Assembly (NCBI GenBank): GCA_964016885.1
Contig: OZ024756.1
Span: 18,848,001 to 18,912,000 of the forward strand
Source of the DNA: Eledone cirrhosa
Taxonomy: Eukaryota
DNA length: 64,000 nt
Reading direction: 5' to 3'
A program made the position numbers and the translations under genes. Shown here one piece after another: positions 27,280-41,577 of the stretch. The notes beneath the pieces were generated by a model. The model did no database searches and had not been told where the DNA came from. It saw only the letters and a list, made by a program, of their open reading frames with translations. The number at the start of each line of letters is the position of its first letter. Positions within the stretch are counted from its first letter, which is position 1.

Positions 27280-28090
27280 TAATAGAGTAATAGGATCGTG
27301 TATACTATGTATAGAGCAATAGTAACATCTATACTATGTATAGAGTAATAGGATCGTGTATACTATGTATAGAGCAATAGTAACATCTATACTATGTATA
27401 GAGTAATAGGATCGTGTATACTATGTATAGAGCAATAGTAACATCTATACTATGTATAGAGTAATAGTAACGTGTATGCTATGTATAGAGTAATAGTAAC
27501 ATCTATACTATGTATAGAGCAATAGTAACATCTATACTATGTATAGAGCAATAGTAACATCTATACTATGTATAGAGTAATAGGATCGTGTATACTATGT
27601 ATAGAGCAATAGTAACATCTATACTATGTATAGAGCAATAGTAACATGTACACTATGTATAGTGCAATAGTAACATCTATACTATGTATAGAGCAATAGT
27701 AACATCTATACTATGTATAAAGCAATAGTAACGTGTATGCTATGTATAGTGCAATAGTAACATGTATACTATGTATAGTGCCATAGTAACTTATATACTA
27801 TGTATAGAGCAATAGTAACGTGTATGCTATGTATAGAGCAATAGTAACTTATATACTATGTATAGAGCAATAGTAACATCTATACTATGTATAAAGCAAT
27901 AGTAACGTGTATGCTATGTATAGTGCAATAGTAACATGTATACTATGTATAGTGCCATAGTAACTTATATACTATGTATAGAGCAATAGTAACGTGTATG
28001 CTATGTATAGAGCAATAGTAACTTATATACTATGTATAGAGCAATAGTAACTTATATACTATGAAGAGAGCAAAAATAACATGTATGCTA
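27280..28090. repeat. 29-bp minisatellite, about 28 copies
   Basis: Unit TATACTATGTATAGAGCAATAGTAACATC; period 29 (27301 to 27330). Confidence 0.96.
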
Positions 28091-28321
28091 TATCATTTAT
28101 TTTTTATCATTTATTTTGTTTTGACCTGTTTAGCATGATTTGGTTTTTGGCTTGGGTGGTTAATGCCTTCTTGACCACCTTTTCAGTTTTGTATGGCTTC
28201 TTAACACATTGTTTAGCTCTGCTTTTTAACTATTGAGTACTTTGTCAGCATCTTTTCTGATTTTTGCGTTTCGCTTCGCCTTTCCTGCTCGCCGAAATGC
28301 GATTCTCGCTGAATCTTTATT

Positions 28322-28392
<71 letters not shown>

Positions 28393-28428
28393 GCTATATA
28401 TATATAAATCTGCTTCGTAGAATCGAGA

Positions 28429-28519
28429 CGTATCCGAGGAACGCGCGATTTCAGAGTCAGGTTTGATCACCACATCGATCGTGCCTCGAACTGGTCGCCC
28501 CAGAAACAATTGTAATATG
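28429..28519 (+). ncRNA. Type I hammerhead-like motif with long stem II and one core substitution
   Basis: CGUAU-CCGAGGA ... GCGA / UCGC ... GAA-AC AAUU GU-A-AUAUG: 5-bp stem I, palindromic ACAAUUGU stem III, GUA site; U4 replaced by C. Confidence 0.6.
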
Positions 28520-28570
28520 TCCAATAAATTCCTTTCGTCGCAACACTGATTCACTTTTTTCTGTGATATT

Positions 28571-28651
<81 letters not shown>

Positions 28652-28657
<6 letters not shown>

Positions 28658-28818
28658 TTTCAGAAGATCCCGTTAAGGGTGAAAGCAGCGATTCTTTGCT
28701 TAAACTTTAATCTGATATTTTAATAAATATTTGCTATAGGGTTCTTATATATTTGATATATATTTATCCTTATCGAGCCCTCTTTGGATTTTAGTCTTCA
28801 TATTTATTATTATTACTA
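28652..28818 (+). mobile_element. Family C short element
   Basis: Near-identical to 22683-22820 and 23592-23665. Confidence 0.8.
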
Positions 28819-28827
28819 TATATATAT

Positions 28828-28913
<86 letters not shown>

Positions 28914-29272
28914 ATAGTATCATGTATAGAACACCCGCAGGAAACCAACTAATTTGATTCTATCAGTAAACAGAACCATATAAACTGAGACTCGATATAA
29001 TAGCTTTGACCCAATCATGATATATATAATGGTTGGATCAAATAAATATATATGTGTGTGTGTGCGCGTGCGTGTGTGTGTGTGTGTGTGTGTACGGGGT
29101 ATTGTCTTCAGTTAATCTAGTTCAAGAGTTAGAGTAACTTTTATCGAGGACTGTTTCATCATATAGTGGTTATTAACTCAACAAGAGATTTACTGCAGGA
29201 GGTCGATCGTAGGGTGATCCTTAGAGGCTTCCGTAATCAGTAGAAATAAATCGTACTGTATTGCTAATCTGT

Positions 29273-29314
<42 letters not shown>

Positions 29315-29677
29315 GAGAATTTTAGTGATGTCGGAACGAGCAGCTGTGATACTCATCTATCATAAATACCGCTAGCTATGTAGTATATTGAAACATCGTC
29401 GCCATTTCACCTCTGTGCCAGCTTATCTCTTACAATCTTACAACACTTCCTTTTTTACTTTATAGTTGGGATTCTTACATCTCATTGTAAATGTTGAATT
29501 TGTAGTTAGTAGATGTTAATAGCGAATTGTGAGACATTGCGAGAGATTGGGTGTTCTTCTCAAGGGCGTTAACTCTGTAGGGAAAGAAAACAAATAGCGG
29601 ATTGTTGAGCGCCGGCTCTTCGAATATCGGTATCCATCTATCTATCTATAAACATATCTATCTATCTCTCTCTCTCA

Positions 29678-29805
<128 letters not shown>

Positions 29806-29883
29806 TCCCCCAAATAATATATACATATATTTATTAGAATGCTGTGGAACTGTGTTGTATACATTTTTGAGGGACACCCTGTA

Positions 29884-29936
<53 letters not shown>

Positions 29937-30078
29937 GTAATGAATAAATAAATAACCAGGGTTTAATTACATTATTTAATAGATTTATGAACGTTTGTTT
30001 CAAATACAGAAGGAAGTACCATTTTATTCCTCTGTATTGAATTCTTCATAATCATTAGATAATACAAATATTATATAT

Positions 30079-31131
30079 AGAGTTACGGCCCTTGCCATTC
30101 TGAGTTCAAATCCCGCCGAGGTTAACTTTGCCTTTCATCCTTACGGGGTCGATAAAATAAAGTACCAGTAATGCACTGAGATAATTGCTGGCCTTGTGCC
30201 AAAAGTAGAAACAATTATATATATATATATATATGTATATATATACTTTGATATATAGATATCAACTTTGCATACCGTCCTCTCGAGGTCGATAAATAAA
30301 GTACCAATCAATTACAGGGATCGATTCTTCCCTATGTCTCTCCTTATCACTTTTTTTTTATTCTGGAAGAAACCGACTGTGTTCAGTCGTGGGGAGTGAT
30401 GGGCTCCACCAAGTTTTCAAAATGTCCAAGACATGCCGTGTGTCATGACAGCGCCCCTACAATTCTACCAAGAGTTATTGGTCCCTACATACTCCACCAA
30501 GAGTTAAGGACCCTTACTTCCCATTTCTTCCTGGTGTTAAATATTTCTTTTTGATTTAGGCACAAGGTCAGCAAATCATTGAAAGACTTCGATGATTAAA
30601 CTTTACTTTTAAAGGAAATATTTTTGTTTATGTTTTAAGGACAGAATAATGGGGGGGGGGGTTACTTTCAATAAATTAATTGTTTCTATATTTGGCACAT
30701 GGCCAGCAATTTGAAAGGAAAGGGGGTAAGGGGGAAAAGCCGATTAAATCTACCCAAGTGTATTACTGGTACATTATTTTATCGACCTCTGTAAGGATTA
30801 AAGGTTAAGCTAACGCCGGTGGAATTTGAATTCAGAACATAAAGGGCCGAAACTATATGCCGTAAAGCATGTTGTTCGAAGCTCTACCGATTATTGCCAA
30901 TCTACCTAAATCTACAATAAATTAATGGGTTCTGATTTAGGCTCAAAGCCAACAATTTAAGGGGAGGGGAAAGTCGATTAAATCGACCCCAGCGCATTAC
31001 TGGTATTTGATTTTATCAACCCCCGTAAGAACGAAAGGTAAAGGTAACCTCTGCAGGGCTTGAACTCAGAACGAAGGTAAAGAGCCGTAACTATGTTGTC
31101 CGAAGGTCTACCGATTGTTTCCGATCCACCC
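30079..31131. mobile_element. SINE-A cluster (30079-30218 +, 30678-30903 -, 30924-31131 -)
   Basis: Homology to 6513-6703. Confidence 0.82.
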
Positions 31132-31780
31132 ACGACCCCTACAATGAATTAATAATTAAAATATATTATTGGTGTGTTTAATGCGCAGAAACAGAGAACA
31201 TTTCCCATTTCTCATTCGTGGAAAAATTTAGAAGAAACAAAGAAGAAGATGATGAAGAAAAAGAAGCGAAAATACCGAAAACCAACAACAACAACAACAA
31301 AAGTATTTTGGTTGCTGCTGAACTGAGGGCGGTGCGGAAATATTTCAGTGAAGGAAGAGAAGAACTGCTGAGATATGATGGCACAACAGCATCTAGGGTG
31401 GAATCTTTACCGTCTGTACATATTTGGAGACGACTTCCTGCTCTTCACCGATGTCTATAAATAGATAGGATAGCAGCTCGTTCAACAGCAGATTATTCCT
31501 TCTTTTCTATCTCACAGTTTCTCCCACTATTTTGCTCAATGTCTCCCTCTCTCTATATATATATAGTATTTAAACTTTATTTTATTCTGAGTTAAGAATC
31601 TTGGGTTTTTTTCCCTGGATTTCACAAAATCTGTGGATAAAATTTCTGTCTTGATTTTTTTTTAAATTGAGTTTGAATTATTTTCCCATATCTTACGTTA
31701 AATATTTTCCATTTTGACGTTATAGTCACTTATATATTATGAAATACTGTTGGCTTCTTGCTCACATTAATTTCTCTATT

Positions 31781-31990
31781 TTACGGGGTCGATAAAATAA
31801 AGTACCAGTAATGTACTGGATAATTGCTGGCCTTGTGCCTAAAGTAGAAACAATTAATTTCTCTATTTTACGATCTGAGTTCAAATCCCGCCGAGGTTAA
31901 CTTTGCCTTTCATCCTGACGGGGTCGATAAAATAAAGTACCAGTAATACACTGCGTAATTGCTGGCCTTGTGCCTAAAGTAGAAACAATT
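31781..31990 (+). mobile_element. Two 5'-truncated SINE-A copies separated by a repeated ATTAATTTCTCTATTTT flank
   Basis: The flank occurs three times (about 31766, 31853 and 31988), like a target-site duplication copied twice. Confidence 0.82.
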
Positions 31991-32104
31991 AATTTCTCTA
32001 TTTTCATTTATATATATATATATATAAATATATAAAGAGAGAGAGAGGGAGAGAGATTTCTCTTCTTTTTAAATATACAGTCTCTCTCTCCCTCACTCGC
32101 TCTC

Positions 32105-32153
<49 letters not shown>

Positions 32154-32517
32154 CTCTTTTACCTGTTCTAGCCATCCGGCTGAGGCCATGCTGGGGCACC
32201 TATTTCTTCTCTTTTTAAATATACAGTGTCTCTCTCTCTCCCTCTTCCTTTATTTCTCTTTTAATATACAGTATCTTTCTCACTCTCGCTCTCTCTATAT
32301 ATATATATGCACACAACCATAAAGAGAGAGACAGAGTGAGAGTGGGGGGGGGGGGGGATAATACAATTATGGACGTAAAAATGATGATTATATATATCCC
32401 CCCCCCCCCAGTTAACCATCACCCCCCCCCCCCACACACACACCCTTCCTTCTTCCTTCCTTCCTGCTTCACTTCCAAATTCTCTTTGTTTATTTCTTGA
32501 GATTCTTATCCGACAAA

Positions 32518-32551
<34 letters not shown>

Positions 32552-32677
32552 CACATACACACACACACACATATGTACACATATACATGCATACATATAT
32601 ATATTTACATACACATACACACACACACACATATGTACACATATACATGCATACATATATATATTTACATACACACA

Positions 32678-32738
<61 letters not shown>

Positions 32739-32984
32739 ATCTATTTCTCCAAGTATTTCGGTTTCGACTTCCAGATAAGAACCGTTTCCAAGAATCTTCC
32801 TCAAATCCCTTACAGATATCCCCAACTGTTAAGCCAGTTGAGGTGAGATATGGGGGCGGGATTAAAATTATGAGGGCGGGGGTGCTATTAATTATGTGGC
32901 CAGGGGTCTATAGAAGGGTCTATAGAAATATGTACGCTAGGGGTGTAGGTTTATGAGAGCAGGAAGGTGTGTGTAGGGTTAGGT

Positions 32985-33551
32985 CAGAGGTTCTCAAACA
33001 TTTTGACACCACTGCCCCACTCACGGCCACGTAATACCCTCACCCCCCACTTCCAGAGTGACCTGCCTACAATTGTAAATAATATAAAATATATAAAATC
33101 GTTAATTTATATATAATAAATAATATAATATATACTATGTATAAATAAATATTATATCGTTTTTATTTTACTATATTTATATATATATATATATATATCG
33201 ATCGACTTTCGTCAAATCGGACCGAGGAAACAATGTTTCCATTGGTCTTTCCAATTGCTAGTACTATCTATCGGTCGCAACTCCAGGTAGAAGGAGCAAC
33301 GTGAAATAAAGTATCTTGCCCGGTCCGGGAATCGAACTCACAACCTCAAGATTGCGAATCCAATTCTCTAACCACTCAGCCACACGCCTTCATATATATA
33401 ATATGTATCATTTGATATTTAATATACTATTATATCATTTCTACCGCTAACCCAGCGCCCCTTCGGTCCCAGTGCCCTCTCCACCTTCTCAACGCCCCCA
33501 CCCCTCACCCCTCACCCCGGTGGGCGGTAGCGTCCACTATGGGAACCTAAG
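32985..33551. mobile_element. hAT (Charlie-like) MITE remnant containing a SINE head (33285-33392, minus)
   Basis: Left end CAGAGGTTCTCAAA; right end GGGCGGTAGCGTCCACTATGGGAACCTAAG (degenerate TIR); C-rich subterminal blocks; 8-bp TSD only partly matching. Confidence 0.55.
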
Positions 33552-33677
33552 TTTTAAGTGAAATAGGGCTTGGTGTAATCTTTAGTGTCCTGCCCTCAAC
33601 TTACTAAATAACGGAATACCTGTAGATGGTATAAACCTGAATTAGTAATGTTGGATATAATATTACACATCAACTCC

Positions 33678-34285
33678 ACACACACATACACACACACACA
33701 CACATGCATATATATACATACACGTACACATATACATACACACATATATACACACACACACATATATATATACACACACATACACACACATATATATATA
33801 TATATATACATACACACATATATATATACACACACATACACACACATATATATATATATATATACATACACACATACACATTCACACACACATCTATATA
33901 TATACATACACATACACATTCACACATACATACACATATATACACACACACATATATATATACATACACATACACACACATATATATATATACATACACA
34001 CATACACACATACATACACACATACACACACATATATATACATACACACATACACATTCACACACACACACATATATATATACATACACGTACACATATA
34101 CAAACACACATATATACACACACACATATATATATACACACACACATACACACACATATATATATATATACATACACACATACACATTCACACATACATA
34201 CACACATACACACACACACACACACATACACATTCACACACACACACATATATATACATACACACATACACATTCATACACACAC

Positions 34286-34343
<58 letters not shown>

Positions 34344-34350
34344 TTATATA
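33678..34350. repeat. (CA)n/(TA)n compound microsatellite
   Basis: Direct reading. Confidence 0.92.
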
Positions 34351-34352
34351 TA

Positions 34353-34579
<227 letters not shown>

Positions 34580-34659
34580 GTGCGTGTGTGTGTGTATACC
34601 CTGCGTGTAAACGCGCATATATGTGTTGATAGAGGTAGATATACATAAAATAATTTATG

Positions 34660-35436
34660 AGGGTGGTGGTGGTGGTGTCGGCAACACTGTTGTTGTTGTT
34701 GTTGTTGGAGATGTTGATGCTGGTAGTTGTAGTGGTGATGGTGGTGCTGGTGGTGGTGGTGGTGTTGGTGTTAGTGTGTTGGCGATGATGGTGATGGTGG
34801 TGGTGTTGGTGTTAGTGTGTTGGCGATGATGATAGTGATGGTGGTGGTGGTGGTGGTGTTGTTGGTGTTAGTGTGTTGGCGATGATGATAGTGATGATGG
34901 TGGTGGTGTTGGTGTTGGTGTTAGTGTGTTGGCGATGATGGTGATGATGGTGGTGTTGGTGTTGGTGTTGGTGTTAGTGTGTTGGCGATGATGGTGATGA
35001 TGGTGGTGGTGGTGTTGGTGTTGGTGTTAGTGTGTTGATGATGGTGATGGTGGTGTTGGTGTTGGTGGTGTTTGTGTGTTGGCGGCGATGATGGTGATGG
35101 TGGTGGTTGTGGTGTTGGTGTTGGTGTGTTGGCGGCGATGATGGTGGTGTTGGTGTTGGTGTTAGTGTGTTGGCGATGATGATGATGGTGGTGGTGGTTT
35201 TGTTGGTGTTAGTGTGTTGGCAATGATGATGGTGGTGGTGGTTTTGTTGTTAGTGTGTTGGCGATGATGATGATGGTGGTGGTGGTTTTGTTGTTAGTGT
35301 GTTGGCGATGATGATGATGGTGGTGGTGGTTTTGTTGTTAGTGTGTTGGCGATGATGATGATGGTGGTGGTGGTTTTGTTGTTAGTGTGTTGGCGATGAT
35401 GATGATGGTGGTGGTGGTTTTGTTGTTAGTGTTTGC

Positions 35437-35475
<39 letters not shown>
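34660..35475. repeat. GGT/GAT/GTT-rich minisatellite with a recurring GTTAGTGTGTTGGCGATGATG core
   Basis: Direct reading. Confidence 0.9.
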
Positions 35476-35733
35476 ACAGATGGTTTGGATTGTAGATTCA
35501 AGAAGCTGTGATGAAGGGCGTGGTAATTATTATGCAAGTTAGCAGAGGAAGCAAGCAGAGACAGTAAAGATGCAGGTATTGAGTAATCTAGGTTGACAGA
35601 GGCCTTAACAGGTAGTGAAATCTGGTTGGTTCACCACACTAGAGACTTCTGGCTTTTACAGTAATTTAATACGCTCGCAACCTGTCGACACACAGACTCA
35701 GGGGGAGGTGTGTGTGTGTGTGTCTGTGTGTGT

Positions 35734-35771
<38 letters not shown>

Positions 35772-35806
35772 GTATTTATGTTTCTTATGCAGCTATTTGT
35801 ATATAT

Positions 35807-35842
<36 letters not shown>

Positions 35843-35888
35843 ACATACACACATACACATATATATATATATATATACATACCCACAT

Positions 35889-35934
<46 letters not shown>

Positions 35935-35942
35935 ACACACAT

Positions 35943-35981
<39 letters not shown>

Positions 35982-36026
35982 CCCACATACACACACACAC
36001 ACACACATATATATATACACACATAC

Positions 36027-36057
<31 letters not shown>

Positions 36058-36579
36058 CATAGCCACATACATATATATATATATACATACCCACATACAT
36101 ATATATATATACATACCCACATACATATATATATATATATATACATACCCACATACATATATATATATATACACACCCACATACATATATATACATACAT
36201 ACCCAAATACATATATATATATACATACCCACATACATACCCAAATATATATATATATATACATACCCACATACATATATATATATATGTGTATATACCC
36301 ACACGCACACATATTCACACACCCCACACAAACATATATATATATATATGGTAAATTTCTTTAAGTCGTTTGGAAGCCTCGACAATGCAAATGGGTAAAT
36401 CTCCGGGTAACAAGATCAGGTGGTGGAGAGAGAGATGTAAGTGGGTGTACGTTGAGATGCGTGGCGTGTATAAGATGTGTAGAGGAATGAAGGAAAGAGT
36501 ATAAAGGATAAAAATAAATATATATATATATATATATATATATGATAATAATGGAGCTGCGGCGTTGCAAATGGGTTAC

Positions 36580-36866
36580 ATATGAAAAAGTAAGTCCTTC
36601 ATCAGTGACCCTCCAACCGTCCTAGGCATTTCATCGCTTTAAGGGCCATATACCTCAGGTTGGTGCGAACAACGGCTAAAAAAAGTCGTTGGGACACGTA
36701 AATAAAGAGAACGTTAGGGTGAACAAACAAAAGGGTTTAACGTTCTCTTTATTTACGTGTCCCAACGACTTTTTTTAGCCGTTGTTCGCACCAACCTGAG
36801 GTATATGGCCCTTAAAGCGATGAAATGCCTAGGACGGTTGGAGGGTCACTGATGAAGGACTTACTT

Positions 36867-36874
<8 letters not shown>
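36580..36874. repeat. Perfect inverted repeat, 137-bp arms with a 21-nt spacer
   Basis: 36580-36716 is the reverse complement of 36738-36874; runs into (TA)n. Confidence 0.95.
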
Positions 36875-36927
<53 letters not shown>

Positions 36928-37174
36928 TTAGACATGGTCTGGGCCAATACTGGCCGAAACCTTATATATATAGAGAGAGAGATTTAGAGTTTATGTTGGT
37001 TGTATACCAACACCTCAGTATGCAGGCTGGAGCACTCGACGAAGTGCGCAGGTTGGTTTGGTTACTCCGGAGTAGTGTAAAATAAAGTTAAATAAAAGTC
37101 AAATGATTAAAATTTAGCTTCGTTTATTACTGCTATATATATTTCAGTGACAGCCAAAGATGGCAGACAGAAGG

Positions 37175-37212
<38 letters not shown>

Positions 37213-37257
37213 TTAGACATGGTCTGGGTCAATACTGGCCGAAACCTTATATATATA

Positions 37258-37391
37258 TAAGGGAAAAAGATGAAATCGAAAATGCAACTGGAGTCTTTTT
37301 TTTTTAAATATATATTTGGTCCCTTTACCGGTTTCGCAGTTTTTCTGCTTTTCAAAAGTAGAATTGAGATGAAGGGTTTGTGGTTTTTATC

Positions 37392-37392
<1 letters not shown>
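37258..37392 (-). mobile_element. Family D element with U3-A8 variant hammerhead (37321-37360)
   Basis: Minus strand CUU-UUGAAAA-GCAG aaaaa CUGC-GAA-AC CG GU-A-AAG. Confidence 0.72.
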
Positions 37393-37465
<73 letters not shown>

Positions 37466-37571
37466 GATATATATATGTATATATATATATGATATATATA
37501 TATATATATATATGATATATATATATATATATATATATGATATATATATATATATATATATGATATATATA

Positions 37572-37627
<56 letters not shown>

Positions 37628-37628
37628 G

Positions 37629-37666
<38 letters not shown>

Positions 37667-37667
37667 G

Positions 37668-37705
<38 letters not shown>

Positions 37706-37706
37706 G

Positions 37707-37784
<78 letters not shown>

Positions 37785-37843
37785 TATGTTGATTTAATAC
37801 TGCACTATCCACAAGTGTTTTTAACCTTCATATCATGTCTTCC

Positions 37844-37914
37844 TATTTTATCTGATGAAAACACAAATGTTATTGCATGATGATATTTGTTTTTGAAATG
37901 CGCATAATAAAATA
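37844..37914 (+). ncRNA. Type I hammerhead ribozyme motif (family F; element 37785-37950)
   Basis: UAUUUUAU-CUGAUGA-long AU-rich stem II-GAA-AUGCGCAU-A-AUAAAAUA: 8-bp stem I, palindromic stem III, AUA site. Confidence 0.8.
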
Positions 37915-37944
37915 CATGGAACTCATTTAACCATCTTTTGATCT

Positions 37945-37982
<38 letters not shown>

Positions 37983-38040
37983 AATATATAACTTATACGA
38001 ATCTTTCATAACTGAAGAGATTATTAAAATATATATACGG

Positions 38041-38160
38041 ACTGAGTTCAAGTCCCGCCGAGTTTAACTTTGACTTTCCGCCTTACGGGGTCGATAAAAT
38101 AAAGTACCAGTAATACACTGGGATAATTGCTGGCCTTGTGCCAAAAAGTAGAAACAATTA
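38041..38160 (+). mobile_element. SINE-A 3' half
   Basis: Homology to 6513-6703. Confidence 0.85.
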
Positions 38161-38256
38161 TTAAAATATATATATATAAGTGTGTGTATGTGTGTGTGCG
38201 CGCGCGTATATAAACATATATTCACACTAATGTATATATATATATATATACATATA

Positions 38257-38451
38257 TAACGAAGGAAATGTGGTAAGGAACCAGGTGGACCATAACGCAG
38301 CAAAGTACTCAATACTTAGGGTAGTAGAGTGGGTAATAGGAACAAGTATGACCCCGACGGCAGAGCTCAAGCCGTTTCGACGGCTAATTCAGTCCAGAAT
38401 TAGCCGTCGAAACGGCTTGAGCTCTGCCGTCGGGGTCATACTTGTTCCTAT
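38257..38451 (-). mobile_element. Fold-back element family A
   Basis: Tail plus hairpin 38336-38451; private substitutions are mirrored in both arms (ACAAGTATGA / TCATACTTGT). Confidence 0.82.
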
Positions 38452-38694
38452 AGGTATGAAACATGTTAACACGGATATGTTTATACAAACATGTATATGT
38501 GCCCTCATGTACATGTATGAATATATGTGTAAGTATGCATGTATGTATGAATATATGAATGTATGTATGTATATGTGTGTGTATATGTATGTGTATATAT
38601 GTGTAAGTATGCATGTATGTATTTAATGTATGTGTGTGTGTATATGTATGTATGCATATGTGTGTATATATGTATGTATGTTTGTATGTGTGTA

Positions 38695-38785
<91 letters not shown>

Positions 38786-39044
38786 TAGATTCCTCATTTT
38801 ACATGCAGCTAATTATATGCCAGACTATATCATACCTGTTCGCACCATATTTCGTAAGATGTTCTACGTTCTGCCTGGCGTCATATCATGTAACACTTAA
38901 CAACCTACAACATTATTATCATCTGTGTAATACTCAGCAGGAGACAAACACCTGCTAGAAATAGCAGCTAAATCTTCATCTTAAATATGGCAACAAAAAA
39001 AAAAGAACAGAAAAAAAAAAAAAGCAGACAGAAGGATTTCTAAT

Positions 39045-39645
39045 TTAGTCACAAAGCCAGCAAATGTGTTAGGAAGTGAAAAGTTGAAAGTTGAAAGTTG
39101 AAAGTCAGAAATACCGACCCCCAGCAGTACTTTGTTGGGTCGTAACTGGCAGAATTCGTTAGAGCGCCGGACAAAACCCCTTCCTGATTTAGTTACGACC
39201 CAACAAAGTATTTAGGTAGGTACAAGGTCAGTAATTTGTTGGGAAGCGGAAAAAGGCGGAAATACCGACCCCCTCCCTCCCAGTACTTTGTTGGTACTTT
39301 ATTTTATCGACCTCGAACGGATTAAGGGCAAATTTGACCTCGATGGTATTTGAATTCAGGACATAAAGGATCGTAACTAAATGCTGCAAAACATTTTGTC
39401 CGGCAAGCTCACGAATTCTGCTAGTTCAGTGCCCTAATAATGGATTCTAATTCAGACACAAGGCCAGCAATTTGTGGGGGGGGGGGGTTGATTATAGTGA
39501 CCTCAGTATATTACTGGTACTTTATCTTAACCTCGAAACGATGAAAGTCAAAACTGACCTCGGTGGGATTTGAACTCAGAACTTAGAAAGTGTAACTAGA
39601 TATTGCAAAGCATTTTGTCCAACGCTCCATCGATTCTGGCAATCA
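39045..39645 (-). mobile_element. Cluster of diverged SINE-A-related copies
   Basis: GGTACTTTATTTTATCGACC, GACCTCG..GG.ATTTGAA and TTCTG(G/C) motifs. Confidence 0.72.
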
Positions 39646-39934
39646 CCTGCCCTGCCCTACAGTACAACGTGCTTATAAAATTAACACGTAAGTGGCCGAG
39701 CATTCCACAGACATGTGTACCCTTAACGTAATTCTCAATGACATACAGCATGACAAAGTGTGTGACAAAGCTGACCCTTTGATTTACCGGTACAGAACTG
39801 GAACAAATATTTCTAAACATTTGTCTGGCACTCTACCGATTCTGCCAATAATTCACCGCTATATAACGTGCTCCAATCAGATCGAATTTACTCCCTCACC
39901 CCGCCCCAACCCCATCCCACATTTTGTTTCTTAA

Positions 39935-40140
39935 CCAACCGGCAGGAGACCCAGGGCTAGACCCCCCCCCCCCCCGAGCAAGATGGTTGGATAACATCCA
40001 TGAGCTCAACTGGTTTCGCTTGAGGGATCCAGCCGGATCAATTGGAAACAGTTGCTTCAGACAGGTACCCGTTGGAAGGAGTGTTTGAAGGGCTCTGCCC
40101 CCCCCCACCATCTCAAGAATAAGTGGGTGGAGAAGAAGAG
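39935..40140 (+). mobile_element. RTE LINE 3' end, same family as 8170-8375
   Basis: CCAAC..GCAGGAGACCCA ... GAGCAAGATGGTTGGATAACATCC.TGAGCT ... GGAAGGAGTGTTTGA shared with the 8 kb copy. Confidence 0.82.
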
Positions 40141-40201
40141 AAAACCACGTATTAGTTCGTATTAATCGTTTATATAATAATTCGCATTGTAATTAATTAA
40201 T

Positions 40202-40657
40202 TAATTGTTTCTAATTTAGGCACAAGGCCAGCAATACCCAGTGCATTACTGGTACTTTATTTTATCGACCCCGTAAGGATGAAAGGCAAAGTTAACCTCG
40301 CCGGGAATTGAACTCAGATCGTAAAGGGACGTAACTATGCTGGAAAGCATAATCCAACCCTCTACCGATACTGCCAATTCACCGCCATTGTAATTAATTA
40401 ATTAATGAGTTCTAATATAATTAATTAAAATTACTAGGTTTACTAGATCAAGTATGGTGATACCCACCCTAAAAAATGGGACGGTCACGGCTGGAAAGCC
40501 TTTAATCATAGAACTGATGAATAGATAGATGTTAATTATAATAATTGTTTCTACTATTGGCACAAGGCCAGCAATTACCCAGTACATTACTGGTACTTTA
40601 TGTTATCGACCCCGTAAGGATGAAAGGCAAAGTTAACCTTGGCGGGATTTGAACTCA
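40202..40657 (-). mobile_element. SINE-A full copy (40202-40387) and 3' half (40542-40657)
   Basis: Reverse complement of 6513-6703. Confidence 0.88.
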
Positions 40658-40924
40658 TGGCTATGATGGCCGTGATGCTGATGCTGGTGATAATGTTAGC
40701 TATGGTGATGCTGGTGGTGGTTGTGATAGTCGTTATGATAATGGTGTTGGTGCTGATGATGCTGGTGGTGATAGTGATGGCGGCGGTGGTGGTGGTGTTA
40801 GGGAAAGTGATGATAAACTGTGATAGCGATGAGTGAAATGTATTTCCCCTATTGATGTTGTTGGTGGCTGTCTTGTTGATAGTGGTGAGTGAGATAACCC
40901 AGATAACATACATACATACATACA

Positions 40925-41243
40925 TGGTGGCTGCCAACTCGTTTTCGAGTACGGCCACTACTTTATATCCATGTAGGAGAACCCCTACCGATGCGCTGAA
41001 CGAGTGTGACTTTTGAGTCCAGCCAGCGACTTGAAAACTCTGGTACAAACACTACACCTGTGACAATTATTGACACACAGTGCTGGGCCCATGGTACCAT
41101 GTGATGACAAGTGCAGAGAGATCTCCAGATATAAAGCAATGCCTGTGCCGTGAAGCTTTTATAGTGAGCAAAGGCACTGCACAAAGCCAGTCCCACTCTC
41201 TTAACCAAGATGATATTTACCAAAAAGAAGAACAAGTCAACAT
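40925..41243 (-). mobile_element. 5'-truncated non-autonomous RTE-like element in (TACA)n
   Basis: Highly similar to 55215-55533 and 59086-59403. Confidence 0.85.
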
Positions 41244-41348
41244 ACATACATACATACATACATACATACACACATATATATATACACACATATATACATA
41301 CATACATACATACATACATACATACACACATATATATATATACACACA

Positions 41349-41382
<34 letters not shown>

Positions 41383-41486
41383 CACACATACATACATACA
41401 TACATACATACATACATACACACATACACACATACATGATGGCTGCCCCCTCGTTATCGAGTATGGCCATTGCACGAGAAAAAAAA

Positions 41487-41577
<91 letters not shown>

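Noticed and set aside
31218-31460. 80-aa ORF MEKFRRNKEEDDEE...
   Set aside because: GTG start, partly GAA/AAC simple repeats, no recognisable domain or splice signals
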